The notes under the pieces were generated by a model that ran no database searches, was not told where the DNA came from, and was given only the letters and a program-made list of their open reading frames with translations. Below, in pieces: positions 29,701 through 41,846 of a stretch of 64,000 nucleotides of DNA (positions are counted from its first letter, which is position 1; each line of letters starts with the position of its first letter). The position numbers were made by a program, and so were the translations under genes. The DNA is taken from positions 372,001 through 436,000 of the forward strand of contig NIVC01000073.1 in NCBI GenBank assembly GCA_002269645.1. The letters are read 5' to 3'. The DNA comes from Macrostomum lignano (lineage: Eukaryota).

Positions 29701-31884
29701 GCGTGCGATTGAAAATAAAAACAAGGCAAGGTCAAGGTCATAAAACCGAACCAACCAAACTGGTTGCTCTTCCGGTGCACACTGGCTCGTATTTACCCAC
29801 TAATACTGCAGTTGAGGCATCAATTCATTGATGACACAAAGGTGACAAAGCTACAAAAGATCAAATGTAACAAAAGCGCATAATCAAGCAAATTTTGATC
29901 TCTTTTGATGACGATGCGAGGCTTAAAGCAATCGCATCTACGATACCAACTTAACACTTAGCACACTTAGTAGCAAGGATATAGGATTCAATGTGTTACA
30001 TGCATGTTGTCCTTTTCAAAAATATATATTCAACAGTTAGAAAGAAAGAAGCAATTATTCAATATGTTATTGCATTCCTATTATTTTTAAGGTCCACTCA
30101 AAGATTTTAAAAAAGAACCAAAAGGCGATATTCAAATGTCTTGGTCATCTTTATTAATAATGCCCTACTCCAAAATTGGCAAAAGTATTCAAGGTAATTT
30201 AATTAATTTTATCTTCGATACAGTATCGTATATTCTCTAGAATGCAATTTTTGTCTGCACACCTATACTTAGCTGTTTCGTGTTTTGGTTTAATCTGTTA
30301 ATCAGCAAAACAATCGATTTCTGAGAGGCCTCAATAAGTGATTTGCTATAAGCTTAATGTCTACACCGTTAAAAAAACTATTTTCGAGACATTTAAAGTT
30401 CGCCACAGATGCATATTGTGATCCATGCGACTGCAGTAAATTTAAGTACAAAAGATCTTTTTGAAGAAAAGAAAACACAAGCCAATTTGAGTCGCAATAA
30501 AGAAAATTAACATTCTTCATATGGTTCGTCATTTTTGCTAACTAATGTAGACTCGTAATTTACAAATTCTAAATGCTTCTATTTATAACGTAAAAAATAA
30601 GGAATGCATTACTTACCAGAAGGACTTGTAAGTAGCATGCAAAGCATTGTTAAAGAAGCAGGTAAAGTCTCACTTCTGATCCTGGTTTCGGTAAGTAATT
30701 AGAGAAACTCTGAAACTTCCAACAAAACGATATAATTGCATGATTAGCGAGAAACTATGAATTTTCCAAGTCGAAACGTGATGGAAAAAGATTGCTTGGA
30801 AAGTTATGACCCGCACAGAGGACGCTAAGGTGGCCACCACTTTTTGGAGGCGTGTCAGATATATGGAATAGAACTCTCTCATTGGCTGATGGGTCTCACG
30901 TCTCACCCGACTCTCACCATACTTCTCATACCTAGCTACACGACTTTAATGTACCTCAAACTACATTTACTTTTACATGTGTCTCAGTGTACTTTTCACA
31001 TTCATAGCATCTTAGACACACTACTCATAGTAAAAAATTACGTCAGTTTTAAAGATTTTTCAACAAGCGTTTGCACTTGTTTCGTGTTTTCTATACATGT
31101 AGTTACAGAACATGCACAAATAGAAAAGTATATTTGCATGAATGAAATTGCATGGTAAAAATAATACTTGCTCTTCATGTCAGAAAATCAGAAACTAAAA
31201 AACTTACAAGAATTCTGGGGTATTTTTAAATTTGAAAGCCCTAATTATTGAAATTCACTCGCGGTTGTAGTCATAGAATTGCGGCTGCCATGTGCCATCA
31301 CAGCAGACTCGTTTTGTGAGGACTCGCTGGTAGATCTTCACCAGCTACAGCGTCGAGATGGTGCAGTTCGTCTTTTTGCGCGGAAACTGCACCAGCAGAA
31401 CGCCGCCACCTTCAGCATCTTATCGTTGCGATCTCAAATCTCTGGAGTCAGCCGTCCTTGCCGAGCGTTCACCGAGTCCACACAGACAGCACCAATTCCA
31501 CCAAATGTACAAAACTTAATTGTGTGTGAAACACATCCAAATATGTTGGACGATCGGCCTAGAGTTCCAGAAATGTGTCCGCATAATCGGCAGCTGCTTT
31601 GCCGAGCTCCAGCGTGTGGTCTGCCTTGGAGTGCTGGCAATGACTGCACTGCATGCTGCTCGTTCCATGTAGATCCGCCACAGCACAAACACTTGCAGCT
31701 TCTTCTTGATCTGCATTGGCAACAGAGGGAATATGCAGCCGAGTCGGAGGGAGTACCGCGTGACCTTGCGATGCCAAAATACTACCAACTGGTGGGCATC
31801 AAGCTGATGGGTTGTCGGATATGCCGGGGATACCAGATCGGGAATTTTACCTTCTTGTTGACCGTGGGGGTAAAACGATACCTA

Positions 31885-32290
31885 GAAAAATTTACAAGCC
31901 CTGAATTCCCCGCGTCCAGCTGCCGCTCTAGCGTAGCCGTCAGCGGCCACTTCTCGGCGTTGCAGAGCAGGACGGTTTCGACCACCGCCTGCAACAGCCG
32001 AGCCCTCTGGAGATCGGACAGCGCTTCAGACTGGAGGACGACTCAGATCGAACGGGAAGGCCGCCCAGGCAAGTCCTCTGCGCCTCCTTCACGTGGGACA
32101 CCAGACCGCCGAGGTAGGTGAACCGCTGGCAGCGTGCGAGCCTGGTCGTCTGAACGTCTGTGCCGCGGCATGTCAAGTCCGCTGGGGATGTCGACCGCCA
32201 CGGCGTGCATGCGGAAGGCTTCGAATCTGCCGCCAAAAAGTGAACAAGCAGCTCCGTTTTAAACAATAAAGTTGAGCCTCTTCGCCCCGA
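31885..32290 (-). mobile_element. Degenerate RTE-like non-LTR retrotransposon RT/thumb fragment
   Basis: Frameshifted motifs RFTYLGG..RTCLGGL and QAVVETVLLCNAEKWPLTATLERQLDA are typical of non-LTR RT C-termini (F.YLG; A.VESVLLYGAE.W.LT..LE..LD). Confidence 0.65.
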
Positions 32291-33441
32291 CCGAGTTAAA
32301 AATGGGCTCCCACAGGAGTCGAACTGAAATTAGTGCTGGAAGACAACTGATTGAATTGCTCAGTGTCGTGTCGGTAGACTTGCACCAGAGACTGCCGAGA
32401 GACTGCAGCACAGCGTTGGTCCGGGCTCCTGTGGCTTATTAACGACTCAAACGACTAATGCGACGGAGAGACGACTTTTGAGTCACGAGCGCATCACGTA
32501 AGAGTCACTAAAGAGTCGTCCAAGATTCGTTGTGTTAGCGCTTAACTATCTACTAACTCAAGTCAGACTAAATAGAGTTGTAAAAATGCGAAATGCGATT
32601 CTAATTCATAGTGACTCAGATATGCTTTAGACGCAACTCAGTGATTCCACAGCGACTCCAGCAAGCCTCGGATACGACTCTACGGCCCCAGAGTCATATA
32701 GAAGCATCCCAAAAACAAACCAAACTTGCCAAGTACTTAGTAAGTCAACGACAACAATACAACCTCGTGGCAAGTACCCTAAGTACTTTCCAAGTACATA
32801 CAATAAGTAATTTCCAAGTATGCGATGTTTTCTTGAGTCACTTCTCAAGTACTTTCAAAGTATATTGCGTGCGCGGAAAATTTTACCGTGACTTCTTGTC
32901 GTTTTAGAATCGTCTATATGAGCTGCATAGAATGCCGCCATATTTCCGAAGCGCGGCTGCGCCTAAAACTTGCTGCGTAATTTGCATTTTTTCTATGTCC
33001 CCCCACAAGAGTTGTGGGGCATAAGAGTTTACGTTCCCACGCGCATGTTCTTCAGTGTTTCGAATAAAAAGGAGAGACAGTGGAGGCGCTCGCTTCACTT
33101 TTCTCTCGCCCGCATCTGCGGGCCTAAAGGCATGGCCATTTCCTCGGCTGGGCTGCAGAACCACAGCAGCCTGGGCCCAGAAAAACCGTGCTTCGAGTTC
33201 AATTCTTCGTTATCTGACGTGAGCAGAAGGTGCAGGCAGGACGCAAAATCCTACCTGCTACAGTCTAGAACTCCCTTTTTACCTATGTCACCAGCATTGA
33301 CTCTAAAACGAGTCTGGGGCGACGCAAGTGACTCTGAGACGCTCCTTGGCCTGGGTACCGTTTTTCATCAGACAGCGCCGCGGCCTTTGAATTGAAAATC
33401 CTGAAAGATGTTCGTTACCTCTTCTTGGGTCAACAAACATC

Positions 33442-33735
33442 TGGCGTTGGCGGTTGTGTAGCCAACAGGGGGTTGTAGTGCGTCGGACTCACGACTGAAA
33501 GGTCGGGGGTTCGATACCAGATCCCATTCGGAACGATTTGTGTCCTTGAAGACACAAATCGCGTTGCTTCAGTTAACCCAGCTGTACTTCGCAAAATGGG
33601 TTCCAGCATTAGCTGGGGTAATTGAGGGGGTGCGTGGCGACCCCCTCCAGTCCTTGGACTAAACAGCCGTACGCAGCCTTCAGATGCGCCGTGCAACAGC
33701 TACGGCTCAGCTGTCGGTTGCACATCTGGCCTATA
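33442..33735 (+). mobile_element. tRNA-derived SINE, second copy
   Basis: B-box GGTTCGATACC; long collinear similarity to 17920-18185. Confidence 0.75.
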
Positions 33736-34212
33736 GGGGAGGTGTATCTAATTATTTTGATTATATTCTTTATCAAGCCGGTGAGCAGAGCTACGAAAAG
33801 CTGGATTGCGCCTGCAGCGGCTGCTGTACGAAAAGTCCAACTTGCTCCTATTCAAGCAGCAGGCGGATGCCACCGTAGTTGCCGCAGGCCGCGCACCCCA
33901 AGTTGAGTACGGGCTGGCTGGGGCACCATTGAAAATTATGAATTTTGGTTGGTTCATTTCTTTCTCGTGTACCGACCTACATTCCTTGCACTGGTATTTG
34001 GATTTGTACAGGTGAGGTTGGACATAGTAGAAGCCTGGTGTAACGACTAAGAGCATATTTATTGATTCTGAAGACCCTGCGCTGATGGTTGAAAGTAGTT
34101 GAATCGGCTATTTGGTCAGCCAATTGAATGAGGTTTGAAGAATGCTTATTAAAAATGTATCATGTGATCATGTGATGTGAATAAACACTAAGAAAGCGAA
34201 ATTAGTAATCTA

Positions 34213-34241
34213 CTAGCCATTTAGCCCCCCGCTGGGGGGCT
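34213..34241 (-). mobile_element. Helitron-type 3' terminus (GC hairpin + CTAG|T)
   Basis: On the minus strand, AGCCCCCCAGCGGGGGGCT hairpin, then AAATGG, then CTAG, then T. Confidence 0.5.
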
Positions 34242-34719
34242 TTAAAATGACACCAAGTGGTTTTTATTTTGGCATAATAGTAACCATTAATTTCCATTTC
34301 CATTAATAAAAAATTACTTTTTCTCATTTTGAAAAAAATAAATTGCCATGAATCAAAACTTTCACCAGCAAAATAGTTTCCTTCATCAGCCCAAAACCCT
34401 TTTTCAATCAGCAAATAGTGCTTATCTTTTCAAGCACAAACTCTTAGAGCATATCGTCATTGGCCTGGGCATATTCTGGTCCGCAGCAGGAGCTCAATAT
34501 GTCAATTCCTGACGGCCTTTGACACCCATCTTTATTAGCCTAACTCAAAGAATCAAACCTTTAATAAATACGGTGGTATTTCCTATCAGCAAAAATCAAC
34601 ACCACTTGTGTGTACTATTTCATTATCTGAATTACATGAGCTACCTGAGCCGTACTACTTGACGATCTGACAATCGCTCAACAACCTAACACCCTCCCCC
34701 CAACAATTCAACCATCCCC

Positions 34720-34865
34720 ATGAGCCTTGACATCTCAGCAATTCCCCCAGTAAGCCTTGACATCTCAGCAATTCCCCCAGTAAGCCTTGACATCTCAGCA
34801 ATTCCCCCAGTAAGCCTTGAAATCTCAGCAATTCCCCCAGTGAGCCTTGAAATCTCAGAAATTCC
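34720..34865. repeat. 30-bp minisatellite (AGCCTTGACATCTCAGCAATTCCCCCAGTA)
   Basis: About 5 copies. Confidence 0.9.
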
Positions 34866-34879
34866 AGGAATCTCAGGAA

Positions 34880-35900
34880 CTACCTTAGCAGTTTGCAGTT
34901 TGTTCCCTTTGCAGTCTGCAATGATCCTTTAGACAATCTGCAGTTCTTCTGTCGGCCGGCTCCTCAGTCTCCTGCTTAGCAAACTGCAATGATTTTCAAC
35001 AATAAAAATTTGCTAACAATTTAGTACGGTTCACTAATCAATTTTCGATACATATTCGCAATGTTTTGCACAAATCAGCATTAAGCAATACCTTCATTCC
35101 TAAATCCCCCAAAAGAAAGCAATCTCAGCACTTCCTCCCCATAAGCCTTTGAAACCTCAATTCAAGCAATTCTTCCAGTAAGCCATGGCATATCAGCAAT
35201 TCCCCATGGGCCTTGAAATCTCAGAAATTGCCCCAAAAAGCCATGCCATCTCAGCAATTCCTGAGATATGCCCACAACAACCTGAAATTATTCCTTCTAA
35301 TCCCAAAAAACAGACTGCAGTTATTATCTTAGCAGCCTGGAGTTATCCCCTTGCAGTCTATAACTTTCATTAACATTAAGCATTTATCCCCTCAGCAGCC
35401 TAGAACTGTCCCGTCAGCAAACCACAATAATCCACTCAGCAGTCCACAGTTCTCAGCAATCCCCTAAACAACCTGCACTTAATCACTTAAACTGTACAGT
35501 TTTGAAACTGATGTCTTGCTATCCTATCTTCTCTGAGAGTTGTCCTGCTCAGAAGTCTACCAGTCCTCCAAGCAGCCCCCTCAGCAGTTTTCAGCTATAC
35601 GCTTATAAGTCTGGAGGAACTACCTCAGCAGTTTTAAGTTTGTCCCCTTTCAACAGTTTTCAGTTTGTCCCCTTTGCAGTCTGCATGAATGACCCTTTCG
35701 CCAATCTGCAGTTCCCCTCAGCAGTCTGCAGTTCTCCTCTCGGCCGGCTCCTCAGTATCCTCAGCAAACTGAAATAAAAAAAGGATCCTTTCAAAAATCT
35801 AATTTTTTTCTCAGCATTTATTACGGTTCAGTAATCAATTTTCGATACATATCGGCAGTTTTTTCACAATTCAGCCTTCATTTTAACAATAAATTTAGCA
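34880..35900. repeat. Local dispersed duplication (34880-35090 vs 35640-35870)
   Basis: Shared CCCTTTGCAGTCTGCA..GGCCGGCTCCTCAGT..TACGGTTCA.TAATCAATTTTCGATACATAT. Confidence 0.75.
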
Positions 35901-36574
35901 GCTTGGCAATTTGAATATTTCATGGAGCTAGGCAATACCCATTGATGCGATGAGTAATACTCGAAGCATTTTTTTCTATATACTAAAAATGAAATGTCTG
36001 TAACTAGCTATGCGATAGATTTCAGAAAAAATGGCTCAACCGATTTTCTTCAAACTTGCACCATTCGATCAGAAATTTTCCTGGGACGGTACATGCATCC
36101 TGGCTAAGAAATTGCTCAATTTTAAAGGGATTAAATATTCGAAAAACATGCTTTTTTGCAAAGGTCAAGCAGCTCTTTCAACCTGGAATGCATTGTAAGA
36201 ATGCTAGAGAAAAAACTGACTGGCTGAATTCCGATTGTGATAAAGATTGCATCACAACAATTTGAAAACAGTGTCGAAGAAATGCACACCCGACTTGATT
36301 AAAATTGTGTAACCATATTGCTAACTTCAATTAAGACTGATACTGGCTGACTGAGAAATTGATTATGTCATAAATTTTTACTCTAACCGACTTGCGACTT
36401 TCTAACCGAATTGAATTATAAGGGCCACAATTCATGTGCTCCAATTAAAAAAAGATAGCCTAGATGCGAACAGACTGGACTGCTAATGTAGCGAACTGGG
36501 TTCGAATCTTGGTAGCGCAAAATGATTTTTTATTAAAACACCTTAAAAAAAAACTGCTAAACATAAAAGAAGCG

Positions 36575-38820
36575 CTATGTCAAACATACAAGAGCCACAA
36601 TGTCAAACATTAAAGAGCCACCATTTCAAACCTAAAAGAGCCACCATGTCGAACATTAAAGAGCCACCATGTCAAACATGAAAAAGCCACCATATCAAAC
36701 ATAAAAGAACTACCATGTCAAACATTAAAGAGCCACCATGTCGAACATTAAAGAGCCACCATGTCAAACATAAAACAGACACCATTAAGAACATTAAAGA
36801 GCCACCATGTCGAACATTAAAGAGCCACCATGTCAAACATAAAACAGCCAACATTTCGAAAATTAAAGAGCCACTATGTCAAACATTAAAGAGCCACCAT
36901 TTCAAACCTAAAAGAGCCACCATGTCGAACATTAAAGAGCCACCATGTCGAACATTAAAGAGCCACCATGTCAAACATAAAAAAGCCACCATATCAAACA
37001 TAAAAGAACTACCATGTCAAACATTAAAGAGCCACCATGTCGAACATTAAAGAGCCACCATGTCAAAGATAAAAGAGCCACCATGTCAAACATAAAAGAG
37101 CCACCATGTCAAACATAAAACAGCCAACATTTCGAAAATTAAAGAGCCACTATGTCAAACATTAAAGAGCCACCATGTCGAACATTAAAGAGCCACCATG
37201 TCAAACATAAAACAGACACCGTTAAAAACATTAAAGAGCCACCATGTCGAACATTAAAGAGCCACCATGTCAAACATAAAACAGCCACTATGTCGAACAT
37301 TAAAGAGCCACCATGTAAAACATAAAACAGAGCCACATTTCGAAAATTAAAGAGCCACCATGCCAAACATTAAAGAGCCACCATGTCGAACATGAAAGAG
37401 CCACCATGTCAAAGATAAAAGAGCCACCATGTCAAACATAAAAGAGCCACCATGTCAAATATTATAGAGCCACCATGTCAAACATTAAAGAGCCACCAGG
37501 TCAAACATGAAAGTGCCACCATGTAAAACATTAAAGAGCCACCATGTCGAACATTAAAGAGCCACCGTGTCAAACATAAAACAGCCACTATTTCGAACAT
37601 TAAAGAGCCACCATTTCAAACATAAAACAGCCACTATGTCGAACATTAAAGAGCAACCATGTCAGACATAAAACAGAGCCACCATGTCAAAAATTAAAGA
37701 GCCACCATGTCGAACATTAAAGAGCCACCATGTCAAAGATAAAAGAGCCACCATGTCAAACATTGAAGAGACCCCATGTCAAACATTAAAGAGCCACCAT
37801 GTCAAATATTAAAGAGTCACCAGGTCAAACATATACATGACTCCATGTCAAACATTGAAGAGCCACCATGTCGAACATTAAAGAGACACCATGTCTAACA
37901 TAAAAGAGCCACCATGTCAAACATTAAAGGGCCACCATGTCAAACATTAAAGAGCCACCATGTCGAACATTAGAGAGCCACCATGTCAAACATAAAACAG
38001 ACACCATTAAGAACATTAAAGAGCCACCATGTCGAACATTAAAGAGCCACCATGTAGAACATAAAACAGCCAACATTTCGAAAATTAAAGAGCCACCATG
38101 TAGAACATAAAATAGTCACCATTACAAACATGAAAGTGCCACCATGTAAAATATTAAAGAGCCACCATGTCAAACATTAAAGAGCCACCAGGTCAAACAG
38201 GAAAGTGCCACCATGTCAAATATTAAAGAGCCACCATGTCAAACATTAAAGAGCCACCAGGTCAAACATGAAAGTGCCACCATGTAAAACATTAAAGAGC
38301 CACCATGTCGAACATTTAAGAACCACCATGTCAAACATAAAATAGCCACCATGTGAAACATATGCGTGACTCCATGTAAAACATTAAAGAGCTACCATAT
38401 CAGACATATACATTACTCCATGTCAAACATATACGTGACTCCATGTCAAACATTAACGTGACTCCATGTCAAACATTAAAGAGACACCATGTCTAACATT
38501 AAAGAGCCACCATGTCGAACATTAAAGAGCCACCATGTCAAACATTAAAGAGCCACCATGTCTAACATTAAAGAGCCACCATGTCAAACATAAAACAGCC
38601 AACATTTCGAAAATTAAAGAGCCACCATGTCAAACATTAAAGAGTCACCATGTCGAACATTAGAGAGCCACCATGTCAAACATTAAACAGACACCGTTAA
38701 GAACATTAAAGAGCCACCATGTCGAACATTAAAGAGCCACCATGTAGAACATAAAACAACCACCATTTCGAAAATTAAAAAGCCACTATGTCAAACATTA
38801 AAGAGCCACCAAGTCAAACA
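36575..38820. repeat. 23-bp satellite (AAAGAGCCACCATGTCAAACATT), about 95 copies
   Basis: Direct reading. Confidence 0.97.
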
Positions 38821-38934
38821 TAAAATTTACACAATTTCAAACGTAAAATTAAGCGTCATGCCAATTTTAAAGGAGCCACTATAGAGCTAAGGAAATTGTA
38901 GCACTAGCTACTTATTTTATGGTGGATGCTTACT

Positions 38935-39030
38935 TTTTCGGGATGCTTGCTATCTGGGGGATGCTTGCTATCTGGGGGATGCTTGCTATCTGGGGGATGC
39001 TTGCTGTCTGGGGGATGCTTGCTGTCTTGG
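38935..39030. repeat. 18-bp minisatellite (GGGATGCTTGCTATCTGG)
   Basis: 5 copies. Confidence 0.9.
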
Positions 39031-40509
39031 GATGATTTCTTTTTGCATTACACTTTATTAGAGCAGTTTGTCTGTCGTCTTTGTGATGGCTTTATTTGGC
39101 TGTCTTTTTGTTACTTGTAGAGAACAGAGATTCTATCCAGATGTCCCCCAACGGGGGGCGAAGATTGCTAGTTTTTTTCTACAAATCAAATTTGCTTAGT
39201 AAATTTGAATATTTTTGTATGGCAAAACTTATTCATTAAGTGTGCCTGCGAATTCCTATTAGTTGGGCCCGAAGCTATAAATGAATGAATAAATTTAATT
39301 TTAATCATCCGCCGAGGAGGCAGACTCGAACCTTGGACCTTACGCCTAGCCTAAACCTGGTCCTAGTGCCTACACTGCGGCTATTCCGCCTACTGATGGG
39401 AGGGCGCAAAAATCAGCCATATATGCTTCGGCACTGCAGTCAGATGCATAGCAGTGATAGGCTGCTCAGTGTGCACAGGTTGTGTGCAGGCAGAGCCAAT
39501 GCACAGTTGAGTGAAATCTATAAATAGCAATTGTCTATGCAGTCAGCCAGAGCACAATGTACACACGCCGCCAATGAGCATTATTTTTCTCTCCCTTGCT
39601 GCATCCAGTACTGAGGCCTACTACACAATGAAGAGAGAAAACACACAATCTCACAAGAATTTTCAATTGAATAAAGCTAGTTTGAAAAAAAAATCGGTTC
39701 AGGCATTCAGGCTGTAGACTGAAATACCAGTCAGACAGACAGATCTTAGAGATTTAATATATTGTGATGATATACTGGTACTAAAAATAATAATGCTAAT
39801 TTTTAGGAGGAATTTATGGATTTTTTACCATTCCAAAGCTACACAAGAAATTTCTACTTCGATCTGCTTGCAAAGTTCTACAAAGTTCTGCAAAGTACCA
39901 ATCTACTCTCTGATTGGTTGAAACTGTCTGGACCAATAGCAGCCCATGTACGCTTGTCCTCCACTAACCACTATTCCCATAAATTGGTTAAGCAGGAAGG
40001 CACTTCGAACTCTTCTCTTTGCCGTGTGAAAGACAATTTGAGCTGGCAAAGTCGATTTCTTTTCGTTTCTTCAGCCAAACGCCGACGTTTAAATCGGTGA
40101 GACATGCCGATCTCCTGCTGCTAATTAACCATTAACAATTGCAATTCACGCTTGACCTTTTAAAGCATGACTTGATTCATTAGTAATTTATGATCCGCAA
40201 ATTTCAATTTCATCTTGCACCAAAAATTGACTTTCTTCTAAATTTCTAATTTTTACGCGATCTGACCAGTATCCACTGAATAACATTTATTAATGTGACT
40301 GTCAAAAAAATGAAGGTTTAAGCTATTTGATGAAGCTTTCTGTCACTTTCACGCCTTCAGCTACGTAAACAGAGTTACAATTTTGATTGAAATTTCACTG
40401 AAATCTGTCCGATTTTCCAACATCTAAATCCCATCAGTTTTAAAGCCGCCCCTAAGCTCTTTAAGTACGGGACTAGGAGCTTTGTAAGCTTGCACAACCA
40501 CATTCGTTT

Positions 40510-41510
40510 CCCTCCCACTCCCTCACTGTCTACCCCAACCTCACTGCCACTCTCACTCTCTCACTACCTCACTGTCTACCCAACCTCACTGCCACTCTCA
40601 CTCTCTCACTACCTCACTGTCTACCCCTTCACAGTCTCCCTCACTCTCTGACTGTCTCCCTCACTTCCTCACTGTCTCCCTTACTCCCTCACTGTCTCCC
40701 TTACTCCCTCATTGTCTCCTTCACTCTCTCACTGCCCTCACTCTCTCAATGTCTCCCTCCCTCTCACACTGTCTACCTCACTCCCTCATTGTCTCCCTCA
40801 CTCCCTCACTGACTCCCTCACACTCTCACTGTCTCCCTCACTCTCTCGTGGTCTCCCTCACTCCCTCACTGCCTCCTTCACTCCCTCACTCTCACTCTCC
40901 CTCCCTCAATGTCTCCCTCACTCCCTCACTCCCTCTGTCTCCATCATTCCCTCACTGTCTCCCTCCCTCTCACACTGTTTACCTCACTCCCCCATTGTCT
41001 CCCTCACACTCTCACTGTCTCCCTCACTGTCTCCCTCACTCCCTCACTGTCTCCCTTACTCCCTCATTGTCTCCCTCACTCCTTCACTCCCTAACTTTCT
41101 CACTGTCCCCCTCACTCCCTCACTGCCCTCACTCTCTCATTACTCCCTCCCTCTCACACTGTCTACCTCACTCCCTCACTGTCTCCCTCACACTCTCACT
41201 GTCTCCCTCACTCCCTCACTGTCTCCCTCACTCCCTCACTGCCTCCTTCACTCCCTCACTCTCACCCTCACTCTCTCACTCTCCCTCACTCCCTCACTGC
41301 CTCCTTCATTCCCTCACTCTCACCCTCACTCCCTCAATGTCTCCCTCACTCCCTCACTGTCTCCCTCACACTCTCACTGTCTACCTCATTCCATCACTGT
41401 CTCCCTCACTCCCTCACTCTCACCCTCATTCCCTCACTCTCACCCTCACTCTCTAACTGTCTCCTTCACTCTCCCACTCTCTCCCTCACTCTCTCACTGT
41501 CTCCTTCATA
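40510..41510. repeat. CT-rich minisatellite (CTCACTCCCTCACTGTCTCC)
   Basis: Direct reading; explains the SLTP/PHS ORFs. Confidence 0.95.
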
Positions 41511-41846
41511 GCTGCCTCTGTCTCTATTCATATTTCCAAATTGTCTCCAAAGTAGATATTTTTATTCTCCAACATAAATGTATCTATAAAATTTAGTTAA
41601 ATTTGACTTCAAATGTTTTATTCCAATGGTATCATTTTAGAAATTTCCTGTCAATACTGTAATTAGCGATAATCAAGTTTGTATTTAGCAAGCATATTTT
41701 GAAAAACACAACTTGATCAACATACACAGCTATTTTCCTTTCTTCGCACCTTTATTGGCAGAATTTTATAGGCTATGGTATCAATTTTATCCAAAAACCG
41801 GGGCAAACTCTTCACTTCACCTACATTTTCAGGTTAAAAATCCATT

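Larger units (their letters stand above)
35975..39171 (+). mobile_element. Non-autonomous Helitron-like element (about 3.2 kb) carrying a 23-bp satellite
   Basis: 5' end TCTATATACTAAAAATG..AACCGATTTT; 3' hairpin GTCCCCCAACGGGGGGC followed 8 nt later by CTAG|T at 39168-39172; diverged relatives at 12070 and 17575. The 5' flank is T rather than the canonical A. Confidence 0.6.

Noticed and set aside
32998-33020. Hairpin CCCCACAA-GAG-TTGTGGGG as a Helitron end or terminator
   Set aside because: No CTRR terminus at the right distance on either strand; eukaryotic context.
40712-41596. 294-aa and 235-aa S/L/P/H-rich ORFs
   Set aside because: CT-rich repeat artefact.
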